64,000 nt of DNA from Isurus oxyrinchus (taxonomy: Eukaryota). Positions 1-12,612 of this stretch are shown in pieces (within the stretch, counting starts at the first letter, position 1; every line of letters begins with the position of its first letter). The stretch lies in the NCBI GenBank assembly GCA_026770705.1, contig JANJGN010000024.1, forward strand, positions 31,310,001-31,374,000. Reading direction: 5' to 3'. The translations under genes were made by a program, and so were the position numbers. The notes beneath the pieces are model-generated. The model was not told the DNA's origin. It ran no database searches and saw nothing but the letters and a program-made list of their open reading frames with translations.

Positions 1-466
1 GAATCAGATAGGAGGCAAAATTCATCACTTTTATATGGATTCTCTCAGCTGCCCCGAATTGATTGCACAACCAAACTATCAAGTGGCAGTGGGCCACTTG
101 AACAGATTCTCCATCATGTGTCAGGATCAGAAGAGTCAGATATCATCATGATGCTACATGTAGTGTAATATTTTGTAATGCCAATGACATCAAAGCTAAT
201 CAACAAAGCAGAACTCTTCAGAATTCCATTTGGTTGACTGTCTCTCCCATTTTTCTCCTTCCTTGGACACTAGCTGTCACATAGCTCCATTAGCAACAAC
301 AGCTGTTCAGAATCTTCTCACCTCAGTCTCCAGTCCAAAAGTATGAGTCCTAAAGGTGTAGTTATAGGAGGCATTACAATAGACTCTACTCATGTTTTCA
401 GGTGATTGTCTACATGCATGCTCTTTATCAAGAGCCATCAGATAGTGATGCAAACCAGGAAGCTAA

Positions 467-1336
467 GACTTCACTATACTTCCATGGAATCTTAGCTTAG
501 TTACTTTAAACATCGAGCACTAATACAATTTCTTTACTCACAGCCCAGATGATAATGGTACTCAGAACCTTACCTTACCACTGGCTGCATAAGTGTCAGC
601 TGTGGCTCAGTTGAGGAGCACTCACTTCCAAGGTTTGTCTGATTTGTTTCCCTCCTTAGATTGCAGGGGGCTCAAGGCCAATGTTGAACTTCTCTCTCTG
701 TTATCTGAAGTAACCAGGGAGCCCATAACTCATTGGCACCATTCCCAATTGGGCAGGGACTCAACTTGTTGGAGTTAAGGAATCTTTTGAAGTTAGATTT
801 TTCTATTTCCCAAACTTTTCACCCTCCCCTTCAGCAAGGCTTAACTCACACTGTCATATTGTTCCATGGGCACTGGCAAAAACATCAGTTCCCACACCTC
901 ACCTAAAAAGCCATTCCTCTTGTTTGAAGAGATAGAAACTGAGTGTCAGGATGTTAAGTCTACATTGAAATGGTACTGCAGCCAAGAATGTTGCTGTCAT
1001 ATGACATTGGTCAATATTAGCCAATGTCCACTACCTAAGCAGAAGTTATTGATCATGATCCAGGCTGATTTTTACACTTCTTAGCCCAAAGGTACTGATG
1101 CAAGTTGAAATATCCCAACAGCAAACTGGCAGTTCATTACGTCTCAGTTTCACAGTGGACAGGGCAGCGACTTCACCATACTTCCATGGAACGTTAGCTT
1201 AGTTACTTTAAAAATTGAGCACTAATACAATTCCCTCACTCACAACTCAGATGATAATGGTACTCAGAATCTTATCTTACCACTGGCTGCATAAGTGTCA
1301 GCTGTGGCTCAGTTGAGGAGCACTCTCACTTCCAAG
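467..1336 (+). repeat. Local direct duplication of about 165 bp (467-632 and 1169-1336)
   Basis: Both copies read gacttcac.atacttccatggaa..ttagcttagttactttaaa...gatgataatggtactcagaa...ccactggctgcataagtgtcagctgtggctcagttgaggagcact. Confidence 0.9.
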
Positions 1337-2439
1337 TTAGAAGGCTGTAGGCTCAAGTTTGACTCCAAAGTTGCTTCAGCACAAAACTTCCGAATGACAC
1401 TCCAGTACAGTACTGAGGGACTGCTGCGCTCTCAATGATGTTGTTTTTCAGTTGAGATATTAAGCCTAACCCCTGTCTGCTCTCTCATGTATTTGGAAAA
1501 AATTCTACTGCAGAATCTTCTGCCTGTCAGGTGGGCCGGTCGGGAGCAGCCGCGGAGCCAATTGTTGCCCGCGATCTGCTGCATGCCGCCATTTTACACA
1601 TGCCCAATAGCATTCAGCGCTACCTGTGTAGGTGGGCGGGGAGAAGGGAGAGTCAGGGCCTGCATGAAAGCGCACAGAAATCTTCTTGAGGCACGGAGCA
1701 GCCTCAGGGAGATTAAGTTCATATTTAAACTTTGAAATAAAGAGAGAAAAAAATTAATTACATATGTCCCCTCATGTGACAGTATCACATCAGCTGGGAC
1801 ATGGTTATGAAATGTGAAAAATATATTTATTAATTTAATTTACACCTCATGAAACCTCATCCCGCCCGTGGATGAGGTTTCATGAAAAATGTGAAGGCCG
1901 TTTGGGCTCATCACCTGCGCCCCCCCCCCCCACCCCCCCACCCCCCGCCAACTTTAAGGTTGCATGGGCAGCCCTGTCAATTAGTCTAATTGGTTAATTA
2001 ATGGTCTTAACAGGTCTTTGACAGTTCAGCGGATGCGCAACTGCCTCTGGTGTGCACCCGCCAAATGGAATATTGGAATGATGCGCGGTGACATCGGACA
2101 CCTGACATCACCGCACGTCATTTTTACATGTCGGCATGTGGGGTCCACCCTCAGACACTGAAGAGAAAATTCTGCCTTATGGCCCAATTTTGAAGAGGAG
2201 CCAAGTGGTTCTCCCCAGTGCCCTGGCCAATATTTAATGCCTCAATCAATATCACTAAGTTACAGGTTATCTTGTTATTGCCATATTGCAGTTTGTGGGA
2301 GCTTGCTATGTACAAGTTGGCTGCCACATTACTGATATTACGACAGTGGCAACACTTTGAAAGTATTTTATTAGTTGTAAGGCGATTCAGGTCATTCTGA
2401 GATTATAAAAGTTGCAATGTAAAAGCAAATCTTTCTTTC
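1296..2439 (+). mobile_element. Deu-domain tRNA-derived SINE (SacSINE1/AmnSINE1-like), split by a MITE
   Basis: tRNA-like head gtcagctgtggctcagttg; Deu-core-like tgacactccagtacagtactgagggactgctgc; the 3' half resumes at about 2178 and ends in gcaaatctttctttc. Confidence 0.75.
1508..2177. mobile_element. Non-autonomous PIF/Harbinger-type MITE
   Basis: Termini gcagaatcttct / agaaaattctgcc are inverted repeats resembling the other Harbinger ends in this window; it interrupts the SINE; internal perfect 16-bp hairpin at 1847-1885. Confidence 0.7.
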
Positions 2440-3996
2440 AAATCAAATCACCCAATAAGTTGCAATAAACATATTAGCACTGAAACAACTAGAAATTAAG
2501 ACTTTGCTTCACTATGGATTACAGGGTATAACAATTTTCTGAACATGTGTTTTTACATGTGAGAGAGTATTGTCCATCAGAATGGATTGGCAGGAAATCA
2601 CTGGCTCAGTTCCCATCATGTTTTTAAACTACAACACACACTTTTGAAATCTGAGAATGATTAATACTATGGGACCAGCCTTGTAGTGAATGACACCCTG
2701 TTATTTTCACGGAGGGTGGCTTACCTTGTTCACAATTGGCACGGAAAAATTGCTTTCTATATGCAGGTGCTTCTCTTGTATACATACAAATGTTATGCAC
2801 TCGCAGTCGTAAACCAATGTATAAAGCAATGCAAAGTGGGTCTTTGGACATATTTATTGAGTGGGAGGAATACATCAATATTACTGTAAGGTACCTCCAC
2901 GTGCATTGGTGTGGTAGGCAGACTTTCTGTGTCAATCTAGTGTGGGTAAGCAAATATCAGTTGTAGTAAATTTGAAATATTGAACAAATTGCGTTGATAT
3001 ATCAATCATCATTGTTCTTCTGTTGTTCAAACTTAAATGTACCAATCAGACACAAAGATTGGTGAAACAATAATGTGGGTTCTTTATTTGAAGACTATAC
3101 ATACAGATAATGTTCACTGGGAGACACATGTCTGACCTTGACCACTGTGGCTTTCAGACTGCCTACAAATCATACATCATATCTTATTGAGATGTTAATG
3201 AATGACAGCAGTTTAAGATAAACCCTTAAAGATGTATGCACATCATATCACAACATCCTCCTTTTTTCCTAACTAAAGGTTTACCCTTAAGGAATTAAAC
3301 TATTTATTTGACAGCAAAACAGAATGACATTATCTCTGAATGTACTTTAACAAAAAGCACTAAATTTAAAAGTCTCTGAAATGTATCGGCAGTTTGCTTA
3401 TCCATCCGGCTTTAGTTACAGTGATCTTTACTGGAGGCTGCTGTATGTTTTCACAATGCTGGTTAGCAGTGCTTTGTTTGTATTGATCTTAGACTGTGTT
3501 CTACTTGAAATATGACCACTCAGTATTTCCGGTTTGTGGTATTGGTCTGATTTGGCATTTGTTTTGTCGCACTAGCCTGCCAATTGGTGTTCGTACTTAA
3601 TACAATCTTGTTTCTTGGCATAGGCTGCCAACTTCTGCCGGATTCCAGGTGCCATCATTTGAGTGTTGTACTCGAATTTTCTGTCCAATGTTCAGGTTGG
3701 GTAATTTGTTCCACATATGCCACTCATGGACATCATGTATCTGCCCCTGTTTTTGAGTAATGCATCATGTATTCTTGGGAGTATCAACGAGTGATGACTG
3801 GGGAGGTTTGTCTGCACTTCTGAATAGGAATTATGTGTTGGTTCTGCAGTATCAAGTGTGCAAGTTCAGAATGGGTATATGTATTCAGTTCAAATTGTGC
3901 CACTCAGCCTGTTGGCTGCTGATGTGTAGCAGAATTTGGTGGTCTTTTCCCAGTTTAAGCATAGGGTTTCCAATGATGCTCCTTGTGGCCTCTTGT

Positions 3997-4314
3997 CTAT
4001 GTCATTGGCTTGACAATACCATGGATGTTGATCAGTATGCCTACGATCACTGGACCTCTGGTATGCACAAAATAAAATATCTGGGGTGACCAGGTGAGTT
4101 TTTGTTGCGATACTTGAGTGTAATTGATCCCAGGGTTGGAACCTCTGAGCCATTGTACGTGATGAGTTTGGCATTGGTTGATCGAATCATCATTTGCCAT
4201 TTCTGTGGATACATACATTTTAGTGCAAAGTGGAAAGATATTCGCACCTGCACCGGTATCCAGTTTTGCATAGATTATTCTGATCCTTAATCTATGGGTA
4301 TGTAATCTGGACAA
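3997..4314 (-). pseudogene. Retroviral-type aspartic protease remnant of the LTR element
   Basis: KLDTGAGANIFP active-site motif, followed in another frame by KLITYNGSEVPTLGSITL; frameshifted. Confidence 0.8.
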
Positions 4315-4673
4315 TGAAAATGGTTATGTTGATACCACTGTGCCAATAAAATCTTTGATGTTATCTGTGCTGAATGTTCACTTAGTGTGTTGATAGACCA
4401 ATCAACCTCACCATATGACCATGTACCTTCGCTAGACATTTTGTGGATCTTGTCTTGATGCTGTTTGGGACATGCTTTTGGTTATTTGGAATGTTGTACT
4501 TGACTGGCCTCTGGTTGTTGCTTCTTGTGATGTTGAACCACTTGTTTAGGCCTTTGCCTTCCTCATTGGTGCTTCCAGTGTCCTCTAATGCCACATGCCT
4601 TGCATCCAACATTAAAACCTGAGCATCTTCTGGATCCATGTATGAGGCCACAACTCCCATATTGCCTACATTT

Positions 4674-5333
4674 TTTAAATTAATTCATAGGATGTGGGCA
4701 TCACTGGCTAGGCCGTCGTTTATTGCCCATCCCTAATTGCTCTTGAGAAGGTAGTGGTGAGCTGCCTTCTTGAACCACTGCAGTCCATGTGGTGTAGGGA
4801 GGGAGCACCAGGACTTTGACCCAGCAACAGTGAAGGAACGGTGATATATTTTCAAATCAGGATGGTGAGTGGCTTGGAGGGGAAATTCCAGCTGGTAATG
4901 TCCCCATGCACCTGTTGCCCTTGTCCTTCTAGGTGGTAGTGGTCATAGCTTTGGAAGATGCTGCCTAAGGACCATTGGTGAGTTCTTGCAGTGCGTCTTG
5001 TAGATGGTACACGCTGCTGCTACTGTGCATCGGTGGTGGAGGGAGTTAATGTTTGTGGATGGGGTGTCAATCAAGTGGGCTGCTTTGTCCCGGATGGTGT
5101 CAAGTTTCTTGAATGTTGTTCAATCTGCACTCATCCAGGCCAATGGAGAGTATTCCATTATACCCCTGACTTGTGCCTTATGGATGGTGTTCAGGCTTTG
5201 AGGAGTCAGGAGGTGAGCTACTCACCCACAGGATACCTAACCTCTGACATACTCTTGTAGCCATCGTATTTATAAGGCTAGTCTAGTCCAGTTCGGTTTC
5301 TGGTCAATAGTAACCCCCAGAATGTTGATAGAC
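4674..5333 (-). mobile_element. 5'-truncated CR1-clade LINE (here called family B)
   Basis: 3' tail gcaattagggatgggcaataaa...cccacatcc with an A-rich end; 12-bp TSD ttgcct(a/g)cattt at 4662-4673 and 5334-5345. Confidence 0.85.
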
Positions 5334-8262
5334 TTGCCTGCATTTGCTATTGTGCCAATACTGGACAAATTATGCATAGCCTGTAGATTCTGTTTACCCA
5401 GAGGTATAGCTTTGTACTTACATCCAATTTGTCGTAGTGCTTTCATGGTTTAACCATCGAGTTGGTCAAAAAATCTTTTTTGGAATGCTTCTATTGAGGT
5501 TGATGCTATTATGAGCTTGATTATTCTCAGATACCATGGAGTCCCTACCATGTCCCTTGTCTCTGTATCTATTTATGAAGTGGTCAGTGGTCTCATCAGT
5601 TTATGCCTAAAAGGCGTAAATTCCTGACAGTATATTCTGAAGTTGATCTTCAAGTGTTGAGTATGTTTTGTCAGGATTTTTAAGATGGTTGTCAGGGAGA
5701 CCTGATGCGATCAGTTGGTGGGGTCCTTCATCGTCTATAGCAACTTTAATCTTAATGGCTTGTTTATATGGTTTAGAAATATCAAAGACAGAAAACACAG
5801 CTCGACATGTTGTCAGAAAAAAAGTAAACTCAGATGGGCGCCTTCCAATTAAGTGTTGGGAACTTTGTGGTCAACTTTTAGCTTTGGGCAAGATTTTTAA
5901 TGCTAGCTGGAACAGATGACAGCTATTCAAGCTGTTTTGACAACTCTTCGAAAGTGAATTGAACTCTGAGTTGCAGTACCTTTAGTGGCCACTGCCTTAT
6001 CTGGTCATTAGTTGCTGTTTGCCTGCAATGATTTCACTGCTGGGCTCTTTCTGATTTTTCTCAGTTTTAGCTCCAACTTACATCCTTGAAACAGTGATTT
6101 TGGCAGGGTAATGGCTGCAGGACCCCAAAAATGAAAGCAAATGCTGAAATTGAGTTTTTACAGGATTCTCATTGGCACAGGCACTATGGGCTGAATGGTC
6201 TCATTCTATGGTTATATGGTTATAGCTGTTAGGGCTGCTACTGTAGATTCTACTTCTCAGCCCATTCAGCAGTATTTTGCTTCAGCAGTAATGAATTCTG
6301 CTGTCAGTGGAGTTCTACTTAAAGTGAGACCATCAGCAGTCTGCTAGCTAATTTTTGTTCCTGATTAAACTTTTAAGCTGTTAGACTTTTACTAATCAAC
6401 CTCTCCCAAATTTGAACAACCTTACCGGGACTTGGTGCCTGCTGCCTGGAGTAAGCTGTGATCCCAGAACAAAGGTATGGTGTGTTATATGTAGAACTCC
6501 TGTAGCTCTGCAAAATCACTTACAGATAATGAGGCTTCAAACCAATCATTTTCTTCAATTGGATGTGAAGGGGCTGAGGCTTGTGTTCTGCTCAGTCAAA
6601 TCTTCAAAATCACCCTGCCACCATGTTGCATTCTTCTTTTCAAGTTAAATGTATCTATCTGACACAAGACTTAGTGAAACAATAATGTGGGTTCTTTATT
6701 TGAAGGTAAGACTATGTACAGATAATGTTTTCTGGGAAAGTGTGAGGCACATGTCTGACCTTGACAATTGATACGTACAGGCTGCCTACAGGTCATGAGA
6801 CTGATACATCATATCCTCTCGAGGTGGTAATGATTGACAGTGGTTTAAGATAGGCTCCTTTAAAGCTGTCTGCACATCATATCACAACAATCATAGAAGA
6901 GAATATGTCGGAACACTGAAAAGGGAACAGAGATGAGGTTAGAGCAGAGAAAGGATGATTATGGGAGGAGAATGAATTGGATGCATTCATTCAATTGGTT
7001 ACATTGCAAGTATTGATTGTTATATTAAACCCACATTTTACAGGTAATAATATTGACCAAGGTAGTCTGCCTCCTTTCTGCTCATTTTTTGCACCTTGAT
7101 AAACCAGAGCCATAATGCAGTCCAATGTAACCATAGCCACCTCCGGCTACCACCACTTAACTTTTACTCAGTGTTCTACAGTCGTGTAAGCATGCATGAA
7201 TAATCCTCTGTTTTACCTGCCCAGAACCAGTAGGGTTAACTATAAAATGAATCACACAGCCTTGCACGATCTAAGGTAGTGCCAGATTGCCATCTGCAAT
7301 GTAACATTACCGTTAGAGTGAGGCACACTCTCCACAGCACTAGAGCAATTATTGTTTCCCCATATGAGCAGTAACTGGTTGAACTGTCGCCTATTCGTCC
7401 TACATTGCAATCCAGACTGACATCTTACAGAAGTGCATAGCTTATTTTCTAAATGATTTAATATTTAGGAATGTCTGAATATTAATGATTGTAGGCCATA
7501 AAATGGTGAACTGTTTTTAATACCAGTAATAAATTTGAAAGTTTTCATTTATAGGGTGGGGAATAACACTTTAAAATATGTTTATGGTGCAGAAAGACCA
7601 TCTCTGATACACATTGATCAATTAATAGAAACTTTTCAGCATTCATTATTACTTAAGTACTGCACATGACTCAGCCCCTCAGTTAGTTCCCTCATTACCT
7701 TGCCATTCAGGGTGAGCATTGATAAATCATATTAATTGTTCACGGTTCATTCAGGACCCAATGATACAAAGTAAGTTTTACTAAATGGTGTTCACTCCAA
7801 TGCTTTTTCCCATTAAAAATTGGATTTTAAGACAGAGTTGTGAACTCTAGCCTCACTGGCAGTACATTTTGATGAAACAGAGAAGATTTGATTTCTCATT
7901 CATTTAATGGGAACAGGGTTACAGCCATTAGACTAAATGGAGATGTAAAAAGCCATTCCGCAGTGTTAGACTATACTGCCAAATTATGTAAAAAGTTGAC
8001 GTAACTATAACTTTCAGCAAAAGGTTGAAAAGAATTGTCCAATTTACTTGTAGCTCTCTTGATTGATGGAAAAAATCCTCATCTTTGTCTTATCTGTAAT
8101 AATGCAATTTATCTTCAAACCTTTCAAATCTATCCAGATCACTGCAATGTATGACTTGCTCCCATTAACTCAAATGCGTCACTGCAATATAATCTATGCC
8201 CAACTCAACCACAGACAAGCAATGTGCCACTGTACCCTATTAACTTATATATAGCACAACAA

Positions 8263-9153
8263 TGTAACTGTACCACATTTACTCATACACAATACTGAAA
8301 TGTATCCTTTGCCCTCAATCCCCATTGAGTCCAATAACGTTTTAAAAGAATTTTGAATTCCAAATGATAGACTTGGAAGGATTGCACAAAAATATTTCAA
8401 GTTTTAAGACTTTTACTGTAACAAATAAACCAAAAGCAACATGACTTAACATTAGCTGGTAGGCGATGAATGCCCTAAACTACAGAAAATGTAATCCTTA
8501 TCAATGTTGTAGTAATGTGATCAATTAGCCGTCTGCACAAGATTACATAACAAACAGCCTATAGGAAACAGTCCACAGTTACTCCCAGGTTTCATTGGGT
8601 CATCTCTCCCTGCTTTGACAAGTCATGACATCAAGTGATCGGCAAAGGGCGCTTCCCTCAGTTTTCAGAGAATTCCTGAACTGACTATTAGCAGTACAGT
8701 TCACTCCAGTAATTTCTCTTCCTGGTCTTAGCAGGGCAAATCTTCCAGAGTCTTTAGATTGCCTTGAGATGTGTTTCTTCAACCTCGCGACTGCCCCCCA
8801 CCTCTCCAATGTTCTGCCTGGTAGTTCGTAGAGGACCTACATCCTTCTCTTGTCTGCTGACCATGTGAAATCTCTCTCTTTCACTCTCTGTCCAAAAACT
8901 CAGAGACCAAAAGCGTGTCCACAGTCAGCCCAGCTGTTCTTCCCTTTGGTTTCAGGTGTGAAATGTAGCGGGTACAGTTCAATTGCCTCTCACCTGGGCT
9001 CCCTCTCTCCCCGTGGTAAACAAGCTCCTTAGGATTGTTGTCAGGCACAATTCAAAAAAGATCAGATGACTTTCTTCATTCCTCCATTTTACCTTGAATC
9101 AAAAAGATGGTCCAAAATATAATCCCATTTTATAAAACATTGCATTCACAACA
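8263..9153 (-). mobile_element. Possible solo LTR
   Basis: Minus strand begins TGTTGTG and may end TTACA; no matching TSD and no partner LTR found. Confidence 0.3.
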
Positions 9154-9938
9154 AAGTATTTAGTGATGTTGCTCCCTCCTGCAAAGAATTGAAATGGGCA
9201 CTTTAACCTTTCTAATCCACCCTTAGTAATGTGCTAGCTCCCTCATCCATTCTACATATAATATTACGAATCATCTTTTCTACCCATGACTCATTAATGC
9301 ATTTTATGTCCCTCATTCTTAGTACCATTGTGGGTAGTCCACACGCTTTGACCTATCCTCTCTGCAGCTATTCATTAAAAATTTGATCATTGCCCCATCT
9401 GTAATCCCCAGCTAACAATCCCTGCTGGAAATACAGTGTGGATATTGGCTGAGGACAGGATGGAATAATATCATGTCACCCACCCTGAAGGTTTAGAGGT
9501 GAATAATGGCCATTTTAGCAAGATTCTGGGGTGGGGTGAGGAGAGCTGGTGAGGGTGCATCATTGTTGAAGTGTCAAGTAAAGGAGTGAAAAGGCAGAAC
9601 ATTAATGACAAAGAAACCATCTCGGAATGTATGGAGTGGTATTAACACCACAATGAGCAACCTCAATGCCCCAGTGACATTATCTTCCTTGGGTTGGATT
9701 GGTGTCAGAGACCTCAGCGAGTGTATCACATTACTGAGGTTTTTAGAAGTGCTAACACTGTTTCAAGTGTATGTTGCTGGCTAAATGAGTACAATTATAA
9801 TGAGCAATTTTCAAAACATTTGTAATGTATTTTCTAATCCTTCTCAAAGATGTAATGGATCTGGACATGTGCTGTATTTGCAGTCCTGTCATTACACCAT
9901 TTTTTTCAGGCAATACTTTACGAAGTGTTTCTACCAGA

Positions 9939-10084
9939 ACAAAAACAGAATTACCTGGAAATACTCAGCAGGTCTGGCAGCATTGGCGGAGAAGAACAAA
10001 GTTGATGTTTCGAGTCCTCATGACCCTTCAACAGAACTAAGTAAAAATAGGAGAGGGGTGAAATATGAAATTTGTTTTTATTTT
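9939..10084 (-). mobile_element. Penelope-like pseudo-LTR fragment
   Basis: ggaaatactcagcaggtctggcagcat motif shared with the other PLE copies; 13-bp TSD tgt(t/c)tctaccaga at 9926-9938 and 10085-10097. Confidence 0.8.
10000..10038 (-). ncRNA. Minimal type I hammerhead ribozyme relic (variant core)
   Basis: Minus strand AGUU-CUGUUGA-A-GGGUC-AUGAG-GACUC-GAAA-CAUC-AACU; stem I AGUU/AACU, stem II GGGUC/GACUC. Confidence 0.65.
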
Positions 10085-10463
10085 TGTCTCTACCAGATCC
10101 TGAGGTATCTCCACTCCAGGTATAGTGTTCTTTTATTCCTGATTTTTCTCCCAACTGTTCTCAGATTTTTTTGAAAAGATACTGCCTCTTGCAGTGGTCT
10201 GGTTGGATGCTGACAGTCTGCCAATGCTTCACCTGGGTCAGCATTCTTCATGCAAGAGTCTGGGCATTAAATATACATGGACTGTTCAATCACAGCAGAA
10301 ATCACTTCCAACTGAAATTTCCAGCAAAAGTCAGTGGGTGGCAAACAAACAAACAAAGCGAGACCCCAGTTTAGTTTCCCACCCATTGCTCCAGGGCACT
10401 GATGCTAATTATATTGTGCTTATTGTTGCCCTTGGCAAGAACAACTCACTAAACACATATAGA

Positions 10464-11049
10464 TCAAAAGCAAAAAACTGTGGATGCTGGAAATCGAAAA
10501 CAAAAACAAAAATACCCGGAAAAACTCAGCAGGTCAGGCAGCATCCGTGGAAGGGAACACAGTTAACGTTTTGAGTCCGCCTGACTCTTCAACAGAACTA
10601 ATGAAAAATAGAAAAGGGGTGAAATATAAGCTGGTTTAAGGGGGGTGGGGGTTGGGACAAGAGAGCTGGATAGAGGGATAGAGGGCCAGTGATAGGTGGA
10701 GATAATCAAAAGATGTCACAGACAAAAGGACAAAGAGGTGTTGAAGGTGATGATATTATCTAAGGAATGTGCTAATTAAGGGTAGAAAGCAGGACAAGCA
10801 AGGTACAGATAGCCCTAGTGGGGGTGGGTTGGGGTGAAGGAGTCGAAAAGGGCTGAACTTTCAGTTGGAAGTGATTTCTGATGTGATTGAACAGTTTATG
10901 TATATTTAATGCCCAGACTCTTGCATGAACAATGTTCACCCAGGTAAAGCATTGGCACACTGTCAGCCATTTTTGATTCCTTCACCCCACTCGCAATGTT
11001 AACTGTGCTTCTGTCCACAGATGCTGCCAGACCTGCTGAGTTTTTCCAC
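10464..11049. mobile_element. Composite Penelope-like insertion: minus-strand pLTR 10464-10855, inverted copy of nearby DNA 10859-10967, plus-strand pLTR fragment 10996-11049
   Basis: PLE motif aaaactcagcaggtcaggcagcatc and its reverse complement gatgctgccagacctgctgagttttt flank an inverted copy of 10209-10317. Confidence 0.75.
10561..10599 (-). ncRNA. Minimal hammerhead ribozyme relic
   Basis: Minus strand AGUU-CUGUUGA-A-GAGUC-AGGCG-GACUC-AAAA-CGUU-AACU; GAAA has decayed to AAAA. Confidence 0.55.
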
Positions 11050-11589
11050 ATATGGATCAAACCTCGGATCCTCTTGTTCTTTACGGACAAGTACCACATC
11101 AGATGACAAACGTAAACAAGATGAATTTTACTTTTTGGATTAGTGCTTCCAGTGAATAGCTTTGCACTGATTGTTTTGAAGGGAAGAGAGGACTCACAGT
11201 TATATAGTATTTTCCATGGATGTTCCAAAGTATTTCACAGCCAATCGTTGCAAAGCGCACAGGACACACTGGTCTGCAGATCTGAACTCCTGATGTGCAT
11301 CTCCAACACGCCAGCCTTTGAGCCATTTTTGCTAATGTAGAACATTTAATCTTATACACCACACAAAATCATATCATTGGAAAACTGAGTGCAAATTACA
11401 CTGTATAAAGTGTTTTATAATATTTATAATATTTGTAAACTGCCATGTTTCTGATGCTAATATCAAATATTGTCCTTGTGTTTGTGATGCAGGATTATAT
11501 ATTGTCCTTATCTCACGCCTGAACCAGAGGACCATAAAATCAAGACCTCCTATGGGAACTTGGCTCATTAACGAGGTTTAACGAGGTTG

Positions 11590-11745
11590 ATACTTTAGTG
11601 CAGTACAGACGGAGTGTTGTATTGTTGGAGGTGCAATCTTCCACATAAAAGGTCAAACATAGGTCTTGTTTGCATGCTCAACAGATAAAAGAGCAGGGGA
11701 GTTCGCCCACTGTTCAGGCCAACATTCATTCCTCAACTAATACCA
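11590..11745 (+). mobile_element. Deu-SINE core fragment
   Basis: gtgcagtacagacggagtgttgtattgttggaggtgc, similar to the Deu core at about 1400. Confidence 0.55.
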
Positions 11746-11754
11746 TAGTGAGAG

Positions 11755-12458
11755 GTTGGGAAGTGTTGATGTTCAAAGGGACTGAGGTGTCCTTGTTCAG
11801 GAGTCACTGAAAGCTAGCATGCAGGTGCAGCAAGCAAATAGGAAGGCAAATGGCATGTTGGCCTTCATCACAAAGGGCTCTGAATGCAGGAGTATAGATG
11901 CCTTGCTGCAATTGTATAGAGCCTTGTTGAGACTGCATGAATATTGTGTACAGCTTTGATTCCTTAGCAAAGGGAGGATAAACTTTCCATAGAGGGAATG
12001 CAACAGAGGTTCACCAGACTAATCCCTGAGATGGTGAGATTGTTTTATGAAGAGAGATTGAGGAAAATGGGCCTGCATTCTCTAGAGTTTCAAGAAATGA
12101 GAGGTGATCTCATTGAAACTTACAATATTCTTACAGGGCATGACAGTGTAGATGTGGATAGGATATTACCCCTGGCTGGTGAGTCTAGAACCAGGGGCAC
12201 AGTCTCAGATTAAGAGGTAGGCCGTTTAAGACGAAGATGAGGAGGAATCTCTTCACTCAGAGGGTGGGGAATCTTTGGATTACTCTGCCTCAGAGGGCTG
12301 TGGAAGCTCAATCATTGAGCATGTTCAAGACAGAAGTTGATTGATTTCTGGATGCTAATGACATCAAAGGATAAGTGGATAGCGCACGAAGGTGCTGTTG
12401 AGGTAGATGATCAGCCATGATTTAATTGAATGGCTTGCTCCTGAACCTATGTTCTGAA
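11755..12458 (+). mobile_element. HER1-like CR1 LINE, 3' part
   Basis: ORF2 C-terminus QQRFTRLIP...YEERL...RGDLIETYNIL; typical 3' UTR gatcagccatgat..aattgaatgg. Confidence 0.85.
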
Positions 12459-12459
12459 A

Positions 12460-12612
12460 CATGGCATCCACATTTGCACAACAAGCTGCCACAAACAGCA
12501 AACAGATAATGTTCAAGTAATATGTTTTTATTGATGTTAGTTGAAGGATAACTATTGGCCAGGACACTGGGGAGCAAGATATTAATTACCAGCCCCTTGG
12601 AGTATAGTGTCA
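12460..12612 (-). mobile_element. Deu-SINE 3' fragment
   Basis: atttgcacaacaagctgccacaaacagcaa, reverse complement of the SINE body at about 2290. Confidence 0.55.

Larger units (their letters stand above)
3013..6889 (-). mobile_element. Non-autonomous Gypsy-type LTR retrotransposon (gag, protease and integrase C-terminal tail; no RT/RNase H seen)
   Basis: LTRs 6624-6889 and 3013-3255 (TGTT...AACA); TSD ATCAT at 3008-3012 and 6890-6894; PBS TGGTGGCAGGG (tRNA-Leu-like) next to the 5' LTR; PPT GAAAAAAGGAGGA at about 3256-3270; protease motif KLDTGAGANIFP; C-terminus VTKAGWISKLPIHFRDF*. Confidence 0.9.

Noticed and set aside
9901-10110. Possible host exon (ttttttcag|...gag|gtat) disrupted by the PLE
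   Set aside because: Weak donor, very short, and no recognisable peptide or neighbouring exons
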